From positions 48,768,852-48,809,148 of the forward strand of contig JBOZIK010000001.1 in the NCBI GenBank assembly GCA_051453625.1: 40,297 nucleotides of DNA, written 5' to 3'. A model generated the notes under the pieces. That model did not search any database, was not told the origin of the DNA, and saw only the letters and a list, made by a program, of their open reading frames with translations. This DNA comes from Welwitschia mirabilis. Its lineage: Eukaryota. The position numbers were made by a program, and so were the translations under genes. Below, in pieces: positions 1-12,171 of the stretch; within the stretch, counting starts at the first letter, position 1, and each line of letters opens with the position of its first letter.

Positions 1-27
1 ACTTGGCATGTGGATCAAAGGGGAAAT

Positions 28-134
28 TGTTAGATATGCGGTCCCCATGCCTAGCCCGACAAGTGGGTAATTATAAAGGGTTCCAATTTCCACTTTAAGT
101 CACGGCTTTTGGTATGACGGTAAAAGGCCCAACA
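28..134 (+). mobile_element. Short solo LTR, copia (Ale-like) architecture
   Basis: TGTTAG...CCCAACA termini, 107 bp. Internal order GTCCCCATG / TATAAAG / CCAC...TTTTGG parallels the LTR at 34636-34824. Flanks GAAAT/TAAGT match at only 3 of 5 positions. Confidence 0.5.
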
Positions 135-260
135 TAAGTATGTGTTTAATGTTCTTCCTCATCCTCCACTTATGACATATTTTGATTTTCAAGAATGTTA
201 ACCACATATTATGCTTTCACCCAAGAAAAACTTAGGTATCACAGGTTTGCCTAGTATCAC

Positions 261-484
261 CTTCATCCTTTCCAATATAATTTTGTCTGGACTCTTTACA
301 ACTTTCATTACTTTGAAGGGTTCTAAGTAGAGTTCATGTATGCAACATATAAGCCTGTTTGCAAAACATATCAAAAAAACACGAGGGGAATACATTCACT
401 ACCACTATTAGTGATTAAATACCTACTTTTGCAGCCAGATTCATCTTTTGTTCTAGCTTCAAAAATTTCAAACTTGCCATGGAC
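261..484 (-). other. Two putative exons (484-423 and 354-261) of an unidentified transcript continuing off the left edge
   Basis: CAG|GTC...TAG|GTATTT, a 68-nt intron ending AACAG, then ...AAG|GTGATA. The phases join into an open frame VHGKFEIFEARTKDESGCKSRLICCIHELYLEPFKVMKVVKSPDKIILERMK; no family recognised. Confidence 0.3.
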
Positions 485-599
485 CTGAGCTTTGAAACAC
501 ATGGGACAGAATCAAGACTTTCGGTTAAAATGATCAATAGAAGTCACAAACCAAGAAGTCCCATAAATAAAAGTTGCAAACATGGGACAAACGCCGTTA

Positions 600-719
600 A
601 CAATATCAAGATTCCTCCCCTTTCTTTCTATTCTACATCTCTTATAAGGAACACATTTTTACAATATCAAGATTCCTCCCCTTTCTTTCTATTCTACATC
701 TCTTATAAGGAACACATTT
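600..719. repeat. 61-bp tandem duplication
   Basis: ACAATATCAAGATTCCTCCCCTTTCTTTCTATTCTACATCTCTTATAAGGAACACATTT occurs at 600 and again at 661, essentially identical. Confidence 0.92.
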
Positions 720-2611
720 AATTTTGCAAACAATACAATCATGATAGAAATCTGAAGATAGAGAAGGAAATTATACTAACATAGCTTTAGAACTTAGACC
801 TTCATGCTTGTTTCTTCAGATGTTGTAATCTAAGATTACATAGAGAAATATCCTCCTCTACTACGACTACCATCTTACCTTCCACTATTCTGGCTCTCAA
901 AGATGTATAAGATTCCTCCCTTCTTTCCATGTAATAGCATCAGAATTCCTTTGCTAACTTTTTTGCAGTCAATATCTTCAAGTTATTTATAAGAAATTGG
1001 ATTTTTGAAAACATAGCAATCTTGCTAGAGATAATTTTCTAGACAATCTCCTGGATAAAAATGGAGCTGATTCTGCTAATTTTATAAGACCTATTATCTT
1101 CAAGATTGCTTGCTGTCTGAAACTTCCTTTAAAATTGAAAAGGTCTTCTTCATGTGGACCAATATCAAAGAAAGCACCTAGTTTGAGTATACACATGGCT
1201 GGAAAGGAAAACACTGAAACTTTGCCCTTTAAGCCCAGACAGAAGCATGACAAATTGTGTTTAATCTATGTCCATTATTCCAGAATGGGGTATTGTTGAG
1301 GCCCTTTCTTTTCTACTTAATTTTTAGTACATAATAGTCTGTTTAAAGGTGGTCCTTACAACACCAATAGACATCATCTTCGCGTCAAACAAATTTATAT
1401 CTGCTTTTGCTTTTACTGCATCCCCTTCCTCTAGATAGGGCATGCCCTCTGGTGTTGATTACAAAAGCCTCACTTTAAACAAAAAAACAATTGTCATCTC
1501 TTGCCAACATCCAACAGTGTAGAAGTCACTGGATATAAATAAAGAATCCTTGTGGAGGCCATGGTTAGTATAGTCTTACCAATCTCCCATCTGGCAGGAA
1601 ATGAAGCATAGTGATAACACAAGATTTTTGGAAAATTGCTTGAAGGTCTCCAACTACATGAATAACTTGTTCATTTCATCAACGTGACACAAAAAATACA
1701 CTCTTCCATTCATTTTAGTTTAGACAACTTTGTTCATGATGTAATATTGGTTTCACTTCAGCTTCTTCCATTGTTGATGTATAATCTTCACTCAGAGATA
1801 ACTGCAGGGTAATATCGTTGTGATGGTTGAATCAGTGACCATGTCTTTTTGTACACCTCCTTCCAATCTGCATCAATTACTACAGCTTGTATCATTGATG
1901 CCTTGCCTGTAAAACGAGGTCATAGTCCTTTTGCAACAAAGCGTCTTCCAATCTAAATTTTCCAAACACCTTAGCTATCAGGTCCAATCAAGTGACAGTG
2001 ATTTGAAAATGCTCCTCTGTAAGATTCTACATCTGTGTACAAATTGTACATTGGCACAAACTCTACAAATGCCCCTGGATGTTTCTGCCTGCTCACTTTA
2101 TGCACAGCTTCTTATGCACTGTTCACTTTTTCTCCCTCTGCTGAAACCATCTAAAAGTTTTACAATTTATAACCTTTAATAACATTTGATCTGAAATGAA
2201 AAAGTGAAAACCAAAATGAAGGAGAAAACAGCAGGCAAGTTTATGTCTTTCAGCCTTTCTATAGCCTACATCCACAAGAAGCAGCTGCAATGCCCTTAGA
2301 TTCAATCTTCTAGGGGTAAAAATACAAGCCACAAACAACCTGTGTCACGGAAACACACAGTAATTTCAAAGCAATTAACACTCTCATACAAGCACACAAA
2401 CAATCTGCCAAGGTAGAGACTAAACAGACTGAAAACCTTAAAGAGCTCAACCATGAAAGCCATCAATCCACGTGAAAGAACACTATATATTCTAGCATAG
2501 AAATAACTACATCTGTAATATGGTTTTTATAAACTAATACTTAGAACATCAAATAAGGGCATTACAGGTTTTTTTTATGAAGTCAATTTGGTTTCACATT
2601 AACAAAATTAC

Positions 2612-2836
2612 CTTCATAAATGTTGGGGTTTGCATCATGTGTAACCTCTGAGTAGATACTTGAATTCTTTAGGCCTTTTGTTGTTCGATTTCCTTTGAAA
2701 CTTTGATCCTAAAGTTAGAAAGAAATGTCAGAGGATTTTATTAAATCTAATTCCACTAGCATTCTAACAGACTTATGTTAAGACAACTTACATGCTCTTA
2801 ATAAGCGCTTGAACAGTCTTGTAAAACTTCATAGCC
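2612..2836 (-). other. Putative spliced exon pair (2836-2792 and 2708-2612), apparently non-coding
   Basis: TTGCAG| acceptor; CAT|GTAAGT donor; 83-nt intron with CTAAC just before TTTAG|; AAG|GTAATT donor. No frame stays open across both exons. Confidence 0.35.
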
Positions 2837-3585
2837 CTGCAACAAATTCTAGTAAGTTAATCACTTGGCTTTTCATTCACCATTACTACCACATCCGTAG
2901 GTCTTACATCAAGCTAATATTGATCCTTTGAGCATTGCATCATCAAACTATTTGATGGGACTCTCTTAAGGTTACTTTAGTATTTTGATTATTTTCCTTT
3001 TTATTTTTTTTTGAATGTCTCATATGAATTCTTGTGCTACTAAAGCAAGCTTTCATAGAAGGATATCCCTATGCGAAAAAGCATCCCTAAATGTCTTTTT
3101 TAGACTTTCCCTTTGTTTTTTTAACTCCACTGTAACGTTATACTTGGATTTTTCAAGATCAAAAGTGTAGGATAGAATGAAAGTACCAAAATGTATTGAC
3201 TTGATTATTTACAATACGTATTTGGTTATAACACTCTTCCTTAAATCTTAATGTCTATTCAATTTTCTAATACGTTAATGACTTAAACGATGAAAAGGAT
3301 AGCAATGATCGTGTTGGTGATGAAACTCAAGATGAAAATATGCCTCCTCAAAGTTCAATCCTTAGACCGATGAGATTATGCAGCCAACATTGAAGATGAT
3401 TTTCACTGCATATCACCTGGACAAAACCCAGTGGCGTTTCTCCCACCTATGAACGACATTTTATGTGTTAATACTGAAGAACCAAAGAGAGTCATAGATA
3501 CACTAATAAAGAGTAACGATTCAGTTAAAAGGATTGATGAATTGCCAGATTGAGTTTTTGTGTTACTTTGACTCTTCAACTTTTT

Positions 3586-4299
3586 TATTGGGAAAGCGTT
3601 AAGAATAGCAGTGAAAAATAGCAAAAACAGAAATCAAAATAACACACAAGAATTTACGTGGAAACCCCAATGCGGGGAAAAACCACAGAAGCAATGCAGA
3701 GCTTTCTTAAGATTTCAAAAATAGGACAAAGACATAAGCTGTCCTCCATAGCGAGAGTGTTCAGAACGATTATCCTCCCAGAAACCCTTCCCTTTAAATA
3801 GGCCCACTTTTTTTGGTTTAAAAACCTAATTTTACATTTGACTTTATAAACAGCCCCCTCTCACTGTAATAATATAAGAAGAGAAATACACTTTACAAAC
3901 AAAGTGCTACAACAAGGGAAAAATAGNNNNNNNNNNNNNNNNNNNNNNNNNNNNNNNNNNNNNNNNNNNNNNNNNNNNNNNNNNNNNNNNNNNNNNNNNN
4001 NNNNNNNNNNNNNNNNNNNNNNNNNNNNNNNNNNNNNNNNNNNNNNNNNNNNNNNNNNNNNNNNNNNNNNNNNNNNNNNNNNNNNNNNNNNNNNNNNNNN
4101 NNNNNNNNNNNNNNNNNNNNNNNNNNNNNNNNNNNNNNNNNNNNNNNNNNNNNNNNNNNNNNNNNNNNNNNNNNNNNNNNNNNNNNNNNNNNNNNNNNNN
4201 NNNNNNNNNNNNNNNNNNNNNNNNNACACTTTACAAACAAAGTGCTACAACAAGGGAAAAATAGAAGATACAAAAGAGGATTTGACTTCAACTCCAACA
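3586..4299. mobile_element. Copia-type LTR (solo, or collapsed element) spanning an assembly gap
   Basis: Starts TATTG (decayed TGTTG) and ends CTCCAACA. Contains AACACACAAGAATTTACGTGGAAACCCCAATGCGGGGAAAAACCAC, a motif typical of plant copia LTRs. No direct TSD. Confidence 0.55.
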
Positions 4300-5594
4300 A
4301 AAAGCTATCGGAGAAAGTTTTGGTTCTAAAGTTAAAGTCTATTGTTTTAAAATTATCAAAGTAAATTTGTATGTGGAAAAGGCACTTTTGTTAAAAAAAA
4401 AACCTTGAAAGCTTATTTATTGAAAGTTTGTATATTTTTACTTCTAACTCTCTCTCTTTTGTTGCATCATAATTCCATTCTAAATTTATAGATATTCAAT
4501 TGGTAATTCTAGCAGCAGCATGATGTTGAAGGCATTAAGATCATCACAAAAGTAAGCAGTGAGAATCACACAAAGTTGTGATATGAAATATGCAGAACCC
4601 ATCCTCATCCGTTAACAAAGCAACCTTTGATATATCATGGGAAGAAACACCATAAAGCACTTGAAAGTAATTAGAGATTGCATTTATGCTGGTTTCTGCA
4701 GATATCTTGATTTCAGAATTGAAAATCAGGTGTTTTATACATTGTTGCAGTAGATATATAATTTGGTATCTCCAGAAATGAAGTTCTGGATACTTTCATA
4801 GCCCCAAAATCCATCAGATCCTCAATCTCAAACATTTCATTCGTTGAGGAATTTTACTCTAAATTTTTTGAAATCTACAAAATCATCTAACTTTTATTGA
4901 GCCTTGTCTGTTCTTGCCAAATTCCAGAAAAGCAACATCGATATCATGGCTCTGCAATAGACAATCTGTGTGTGCAGAATACAGCTAAACAGGCTTCTGA
5001 AAAACGTGATGAGCATTTTTGAGTTTGATGGGAAAAAATGAAGAATGGAATGGCCATAACTTGAAGAAACACGAGAGTAGTAAATGACTCTACGGGTTCT
5101 AACTTTCAACAAAATGCAAAGATCATTCATTTCAAACTAAACAGATCACACCTGCTAAACTGCCAGTGATGCCACACGATCTAATGATGGAGCCAAAGTT
5201 CTAAAACTTTTGATGAAAATTCAATCATTTATATGAAAAATTTCCAAGTTTACGACCGCAGACTCTATAATAGGATATAACTCCAGATATAGGTGCAACA
5301 TTGATTGAAAGCATACTCGCAGTAAATTTTCTATCAAGCAGTCAATGAGCTGCTACAAAACAAGTAAGTGACCAGATATGCGTTCCAGATATCGGTTCCA
5401 AGCAGATGCCAGAGTTCCAATGACAGAATGTTCTAATAGCGTTGAATTTGGAACTGAATCATTTCTCAAAGGGATTATGCACTGAGGAAAACAACCACCG
5501 GCACATAAAGCTCTCAAGTGCAAACTTCAGAAACTTATAATGCAGAAAAAATCAACCACTTTGGGACTCATTCTTATAGGGTTGCAAAGTAAAC

Positions 5595-6866
5595 CTACTT
5601 TGATTGCAGAGGTTTGAATGCACTGTGAGAATCTGTCAGATTGAATATCCCAACAAGAGATCGGTAAGTGGTTTCATCAAGAAAACCGTTCCTACCACGA
5701 ACTTCATCCAGAAGCTTTAAAGCCTCATGCTCCTTTTGACGTCTACAGTGTTCATCGACCACAGTTCTGTAGGTGATGAAGTCAGGTGTCAGCCTTCTAT
5801 CTGTCATCTCAAGAAGAATCTTGGAAGCCTCAGACAGCCTGCCATGCATTGCAAGACTGCAAACAAACACATTATAAACAGGCCGCTTTAGGAACATTCC
5901 CTTCTTGACCATTCCATCATACAATTCTACCGCTTCTTGAATTCTGCCCTTTTCACAAAGGCCCCTAATAATGTAATTAAACGTGTGGTGAGTGGGTTCA
6001 CAGCCATAGATCTCGAATTCACGAAAAGTTCTGATTGCAGAATCCATTTCATTCGCTCTGGAAAACGCTCTGATCATCGAATTCAATGTGTTAATATCGG
6101 GCGAAACCCCAGCGGCAATCATCTGATCATACAATGACCTCACACTCCTTAGATGCACACAACTGACAGTGAAATTTGAAAACCTTCTCAGAAAAGCATG
6201 CAGAAGAAGATTATAAGTGGCTAACGTGGGTTTGCATTCAGGTAGCTTCTGCATCTTCTTGTAAACGTTGATAGCGGGGCCCAGCATTTTCAACTCACAG
6301 TAATGATAAATGATAATATTGAAGAGGCTCACACTACCGATGCAAGCACCGGCCGCGGCATCTTCCATGAGTCGCACCATCTGTTTGGTTCTCTTCGCAG
6401 AAGCGAGAATGTTGATCATGAGCTCATATGTTTGGTGCGAATGTTTATAATGCCTTTGTTGTGCGGTCCAGTAGAAAATTTCTAGCGCAAGATCTGCATT
6501 TCGTTTTTGTTGCTGGAGAACATCAAGGACATCATTCGGCCCAAATCCCGAAGGCAGCCTATGAATTGAGCTTTCCAACAGTTTTCCTAGCTCTGCCGCG
6601 TCTCTTTTGGCCGGTCTAACCGATGATTTGCCTCTGGGTTTTTGTCTAAGTCTGGCTCCGGTCGCATGGTAAAACATCAAACCGGAATTTGCCGCACTTG
6701 CAGAGCATTGAACTTGAACTAAGGGATTTCGAAGAAGGGGAAACGGGGTCAAGGGAGACGACTTATTCTGTATAGATGCAATTCTGCCCCATGTGCACAC
6801 CCTTGCTAGTTCTCTGATTAAGCGGAAGCTCATGCCGCTCAATTTTACTACACCTGAAGAGAACAT
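5595..6866 (-). CDS. P-class pentatricopeptide repeat protein, At3g25210-like (probably organelle-targeted), 423 aa, intronless CDS
   Basis: Tandem 35-aa PPR motifs (PTLATYNLLLHAF, PDINTLNSMIRAF, PTHHTFNYIIRGLCEKGRIQEAVELYDGM, PDFITYRTVVDEHC). ADLALEIFYWTAQQRHYKH and VHLRSVRSL match my recollection of At3g25210. Arg/Ser-rich N-terminus; CpGs retained. Confidence 0.95.
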   Translation of the reverse strand: MFSSGVVKLSGMSFRLIRELARVCTWGRIASIQNKSSPLTPFPLLRNPLVQVQCSASAANSGLMFYHATGARLRQKPRGKSSVRPAKRDAAELGKLLESSIHRLPSGFGPNDVLDVLQQQKRNADLALEIFYWTAQQRHYKHSHQTYELMINILASAKRTKQMVRLMEDAAAGACIGSVSLFNIIIYHYCELKMLGPAINVYKKMQKLPECKPTLATYNLLLHAFLRRFSNFTVSCVHLRSVRSLYDQMIAAGVSPDINTLNSMIRAFSRANEMDSAIRTFREFEIYGCEPTHHTFNYIIRGLCEKGRIQEAVELYDGMVKKGMFLKRPVYNVFVCSLAMHGRLSEASKILLEMTDRRLTPDFITYRTVVDEHCRRQKEHEALKLLDEVRGRNGFLDETTYRSLVGIFNLTDSHSAFKPLQSK

Positions 6867-6871
6867 TTAAG

Positions 6872-7030
6872 CTGAGTGCACGTTTTTTCATTCCTCGGGA
6901 CTACTTTGACATTTAGATTTGTAACAGAAATAAATTCATAATGAAGATGTACTAATCCAAGCAAAAACGCTGGAAACTTCCAGAAAAAAAGGCGAAACTT
7001 GCAGGACGGGAAGGGATAAAAGAAAAATAC
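6872..7030 (-). other. Possible 5' UTR intron of the PPR gene
   Basis: GCAG|GTATTT donor at 7030, pyrimidine-rich body, CTCAG acceptor 5 nt before the ATG. An alternative acceptor TTTCCAG lies near 6970. Confidence 0.35.
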
Positions 7031-7329
7031 CTGCAATATCCGAAAACAATGAACACCCGAGATTGCGAAGGCGGGATTTCAAAGGAGGAAAGCAAGCAAA
7101 ATGACAACATTCGGTAGTTTCTCTTTAGAACCGCGTTCAGATCGTCTTCTCCCGTCAAGAACGCGGCGAGACTCCGCCCTCAAAGAAAAAGCTTCAATCA
7201 AGACGCTCTTAAGAAATATTTGGGTTTGTTGACGTAGAGAGCAGTATTGAAGAGGTGAGAAGCAACTTTAATAGAGCCCCCAAAAAATACTTAATTAGTT
7301 ATCCAGAAAAATAAGAATAAAGGTAAAAG

Positions 7330-10300
7330 TTATTGCCTATAAGTATTATCATAAACTATATTTGTGGGGATCTGTAGTGGCTTTATATTGTAGAGTAACT
7401 ATTGTAAGGATTGATTTCATTCTAATTGTGAAGCAATCAAAGGTTTCATCATTGTGGCATGCTTGATAATGATATTTCTAAATAAAATGGAGACAAAAGG
7501 ATATGCAACCTATCTTCACATTGTTATCAGCACTGACTTAGGGTTAAATAGTGTTTTTGGATAGGAAAAAAATGTTTTAAGATAAAGTAAACATTACAAC
7601 CAACTCTATAAATTCATTACCAAATTGCAATTCCAAAAGACATGCTGAAATCTATCTTTGCTTTGGCAAGGACAAGCAGGCTGTTGAAGATAATGACAAA
7701 NNNNNNNNNNNNNNNNNNNNNNNNNNNNNNNNNNNNNNNNNNNNNNNNNNNNNNNNNNNNNNNNNNNNNNNNNNNNNNNNNNNNNNNNNNNNNNNNNNNN
7801 NNNNNNNNNNNNNNNNNNNNNNNNNNNNNNNNNNNNNNNNNNNNNNNNNNNNNNNNNNNNNNNNNNNNNNNNNNNNNNNNNNNNNNNNNNNNNNNNNNNN
7901 NNNNNNNNNNNNNNNNNNNNNNNNNNNNNNNNNNNNNNNNNNNNNNNNNNNNNNNNNNNNNNNNNNNNNNNNNNNNNNNNNNNNNNNNNNNNNNNNNNNN
8001 NNNNNNNNNNNNNNNNNNNNNNNNNNNNNNNNNNNNNNNNNNNNNNNNNNNNNNNNNNNNNNNNNNNNNNNNNNNNNNNNNNNNNNNNNNNNNNNNNNNN
8101 NNNNNNNNNNNNNNNNNNNNNNNNNNNNNNNNNNNNNNNNNNNNNNNNNNNNNNNNNNNNNNNNNNNNNNNNNNNNNNNNNNNNNNNNNNNNNNNNNNNN
8201 NNNNNNNNNNNNNNNNNNNNNNNNNNNNNNNNNNNNNNNNNNNNNNNNNNNNNNNNNNNNNNNNNNNNNNNNNNNNNNNNNNNNNNNNNNNNNNNNNNNN
8301 NNNNNNNNNNNNNNNNNNNNNNNNNNNNNNNNNNNNNNNNNNNNNNNNNNNNNNNNTTGAAGATAATGACAAACAGGCAAGCCTTGATGAATAAGACAAC
8401 AAAGGAAAATTTTATCTTTAGGTTGCGCTTGAGAATTCTAAGGAGCATAAAATAACTCTCTCCATTTGTCCTCAAACCAATTACAATTCCATTAATTATT
8501 CATTAATAGCTAGGCATTCTAAAAATTGCTAAGTACAACCAAGCCTTCTGAAAGAAAAAGTTACATAAAGCAAGATCATTTGGCCATTTCCAATCTTTGC
8601 ACCAGTTTGTAGAGTTGATTCACCAATCATGCTTTATCATAAAATTTTTAATATGTTTAATTATAAGTAAGCTTGACTTTTGAATCATGCATCTAGTTTT
8701 AAGATCTTGCCATCTAACACTGTAGTGACTATCATTGCAAGATATAAGTTGATCAAGATGAACCAAACTGAATTTCACCAATATCTTAACCCTTTTTTAA
8801 AAGTGGATGCCAAGAGGTTTATTGTCAATATTGAAGGCTAAAGACCACCAAGGAGAATGAGTCTAAAGATTGTCAAGTGTGAGTCCATTAGGATTCCAAG
8901 AAAGGTATTCTTTGACGTTTCTCTAGAATTTACAAATTTGTTGAAAAATGTAAGCACGTTTTAGTTGAATTTTAGTGGATGAAAAAATTGATTTATTCCA
9001 ATGCGTTTAATGCTTTTCTTGTGAATAAGGAGATTTTCCATTAATAAAATGATGTCTAAATAATGCTTTATGAATTTCTTCTTCCTTCAAAGACCTAATG
9101 ATTCATTTGCTACTAGTAAAAAGCCTTGAGTTTCCAAGAAGTGATTCCTAAACCCCCATGTTCCTTAGTATATTGACAAGTATTCCAAGTTGTGTTGTTG
9201 AAGACTTTATGGTTGTTGGAATTTCCCCATTAGTAACATCAAAGGATTTTATTAATTAAATCATAGGTAGACTTACAAGGAGCCATGAAAAAACATAATA
9301 CATTGGAGTAATGCTAAGAATTTATGAGCAAATAACAAGTCTTTTGGCTAGAGATAAAGGCTTGGATGCCCATTAAAACTTTGGTTTTCACTTTATCCAT
9401 GACTCTTTGGCACATAGATGTGGGAGTGTCAACTAGAGTCAAATGAATACTAGGGAACATAAATGATCATTAAAACAAAGCCACTAAATATTGTACTTGA
9501 AAGTCCACAATGGTTAATTAGTAAAACTATCAAATGACTTGGGTTTTATCCCAATCGATTTTAGAACCAAAAGGATCACAATAGATATTAATAATGTTAA
9601 TGGTCACTTTAAAATTAATTTTAGTATCTCTGATTAAGAGAAAAGGATGATTTGCAAATTGACTATGAAAGGTCATATCTCCCTTAGAAAGAGAAATACC
9701 TTCTGAATGGCCAAACGTATTGTTATCCTTGAGGAGAGGACCTAAAGCATTTGCAGTAATAATAAAAATAAGGGATCAAAGGGAAACCTTCCCTGATAAA
9801 TTTTTCAAGATGGATGAGGAGAACAACATTTTAACACAAATAATAAATGTGACATTAGTTAGAAGCACATGCACGTGCCTCTCAAAAGTCATATCTCATC
9901 TGTGATGTCGAATCACTTTTAAAAGGAAGTACTAGTTAAGATGGTTAAAACCTTAGTGAACTCAACTTTGAGGAGGATTGCATTCTTAAAGTTATTGAAT
10001 GCCTAATTTGTACACTTCAAAGTTGTGATAATATTATCAAACTCGATTTGTTCTACATAAAACATATTTGTTGTTTAAAAAGAAAATTTTACAAAATATT
10101 AGCAATAGCTTTGGTAATGATTTTATGAAGGACATTTAAAAGCGTGTTCGATCTCTAGTTATTGATGCTACATAAGTTACTTCTTTTAGAAATAAACTTC
10201 ACCAGTTTAGTGTTAAGGGTAATCCTAAAAAGCCCTTGTTTAGAACTACAATATAAACATTGTAAGAAGGGTGATCCTATTTAAAAGTACAATATAAACA

Positions 10301-11820
10301 TTATAAGTGTTACTCTCAATACGATGATAAAATAACATGTAAAATTGCTTAGATAAATCATCAATGCCTAGAGCTTTATCATATTTAATTTTTCTGAAAA
10401 AATTTTGGAATTCTTCTCTAAATAAGCAATTTCCTTATTAAAAATATTTTGATTAAAAGTGTTAAGAGATTTAAGATAACTCTCAATTGTCCTTACTTCA
10501 TAGTAGTAACCAAGAAAGGACTAAAATAATGAATACAAAAGACTTTTAAGGATATTTTCTTGAGAATTGTAAGGACTATTCGAACATTAATAGCCTTAAT
10601 GTACAAAGATGAAATCTTACATTTTACAAAACGGAAAAAATCAAGAAAAGCTTAATCCCCATATGCAACTAAGATATGCGAGCATGAATATGCACACCTC
10701 TATCCTAATAATGTGGCACTTGCCTAAGCTTATCCTTTAAAATTTAAAGAAGATTAAAACCCATTTAGGTTCCAAGCCCTTCATTAACATGCCTTTAGAG
10801 TAAAAAGTAACATCTAAGATAACATTCTTTTGGTGCAAGATCATACTAGAGGTGACTAGTTTATCATAATGTTCAACAAAACATTACATGCTATAAACAC
10901 TATCATTCTATCAACTTATCTAATTACAACTTCTAGTAGGTTAAATAGAAAGATTTCATATTTGAATGGAGAAATCACATAAAGATATGTTATGGAGAAA
11001 AGTTATTTTAAAAATGGTAAGAGATCTATAAATGTACTCTAATTTTATAAAACAGAATGATCATCTATAAATGTACTCTAATTTTGTAAACCAGAATTAT
11101 CAGGAGATACAAAGTGATCAAAAAGCAGCTAAATATTGGTAGAGACTCTAAAATTTTTATTTTGAATAGCCTGAACATTCCTTTTAATGATTAGGCAGAG
11201 ATAATCTAACTTGAACACGATAAATTCTATCCATTTCCATGCAATATTCTAAGTAAATCAATCATCGAGTGTGTAACTTTGGTCTCTACTATTAGCATCT
11301 TAAAGATGAAGCTTTTTTTTTGACTTGGATTCAATTGCTAACTTTCTATGTCCTTTAAATGAACTTTTCTGCCATCCTATTTAGTCAATCCATTCTCTAT
11401 CATATTAAGTCATTTCTAACTAGTCAAGTAGCATTAGGAAGAAAAACATGAAGCCTATTCCGCTAGTCATAGTAATCCTTAAAAATGTAAGAAGCACAGG
11501 TGCATAAAAGACCAAAAATGAAATTGTGGAGTTTCAATTACACTAAACACAATTAGTCTTAGCATCTCTTCTAGAATACACAATCTAATTTCCTACTGTG
11601 CTTTTAAGAAGGAGAATGAAACTTTCTTTTTCTACTTGATGGTTAGAACTATAAAAGATACTATTGGGAAAAATTGGTATCACAACACCCAAAGATCATA
11701 GCCCTAAATCTTAACCTCTTTTAAGAAAAGCACATCAATTCTCCTTCTTATTATATATTGGATAATATATTTTCATCAAGGGTCTACGAGTGAACATTTC
11801 ATGAAATGACCTCAAGAAGA
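7330..11820 (-). mobile_element. Degenerate L1-clade LINE, near full-length ORF2 (APE endonuclease, RT, CCHC zinc finger)
   Basis: Minus-strand motifs in the correct order: VIS*NVHS (SWNVRG) ~11800, VFYAP, NDFN (GDFN), MDRI, FDH (SDH) ~11115, DKALGID ~10370, DNII...ILLKVEFTK ~10000, IREGFPLIPYF ~9790, WASKPLSLAKRLV...PMYY ~9350, LPVCHYLQQPACPCQSKDRFQHVFWNC across the gap, LHFI*K ~7480. Many stops and frameshifts; ends approximate. Confidence 0.85.
11024..11101. repeat. 39-bp tandem duplication within the LINE
   Basis: ATCTATAAATGTACTCTAATTTT(A/G)TAAA(A/C)CAGAAT(G/T)ATC repeated twice. Confidence 0.88.
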
Positions 11821-12171
11821 AATTTTCTAATGAAAGAATCTCCCATCATTAATCCATTTAAATAAATTATGATACTCAAAGATATTGACAATTGATCTAC
11901 ATTATCATTTATATTGAATAAATGATCTACTAACTAATATAATTGATTTATTATTGAATCCCATGAAGTTAGATAAGAAATTAAACCTAGTTACTATTGC
12001 ATATAACTTCCTACTTACCACTTGCCATCCATTATTTTTTTGTTGTGTGGTCTACATCTGTGCTATTTGTTGTGATGCATATTTATGGAATCATTACGTC
12101 CTTAAGCAAAACCTATCAATCACAAATGCTTGCATAAAACATATGCTAGTATGGATGAGAGTTAACCTGAA

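Noticed and set aside
799-878. Mini-exon linking the 878 donor to the 484 exon
   Set aside because: The implied intron is only about 47 nt and the phases give stops.
5937-6619. Plus-strand ORFs overlapping the PPR gene
   Set aside because: Antisense shadows of the PPR CDS.
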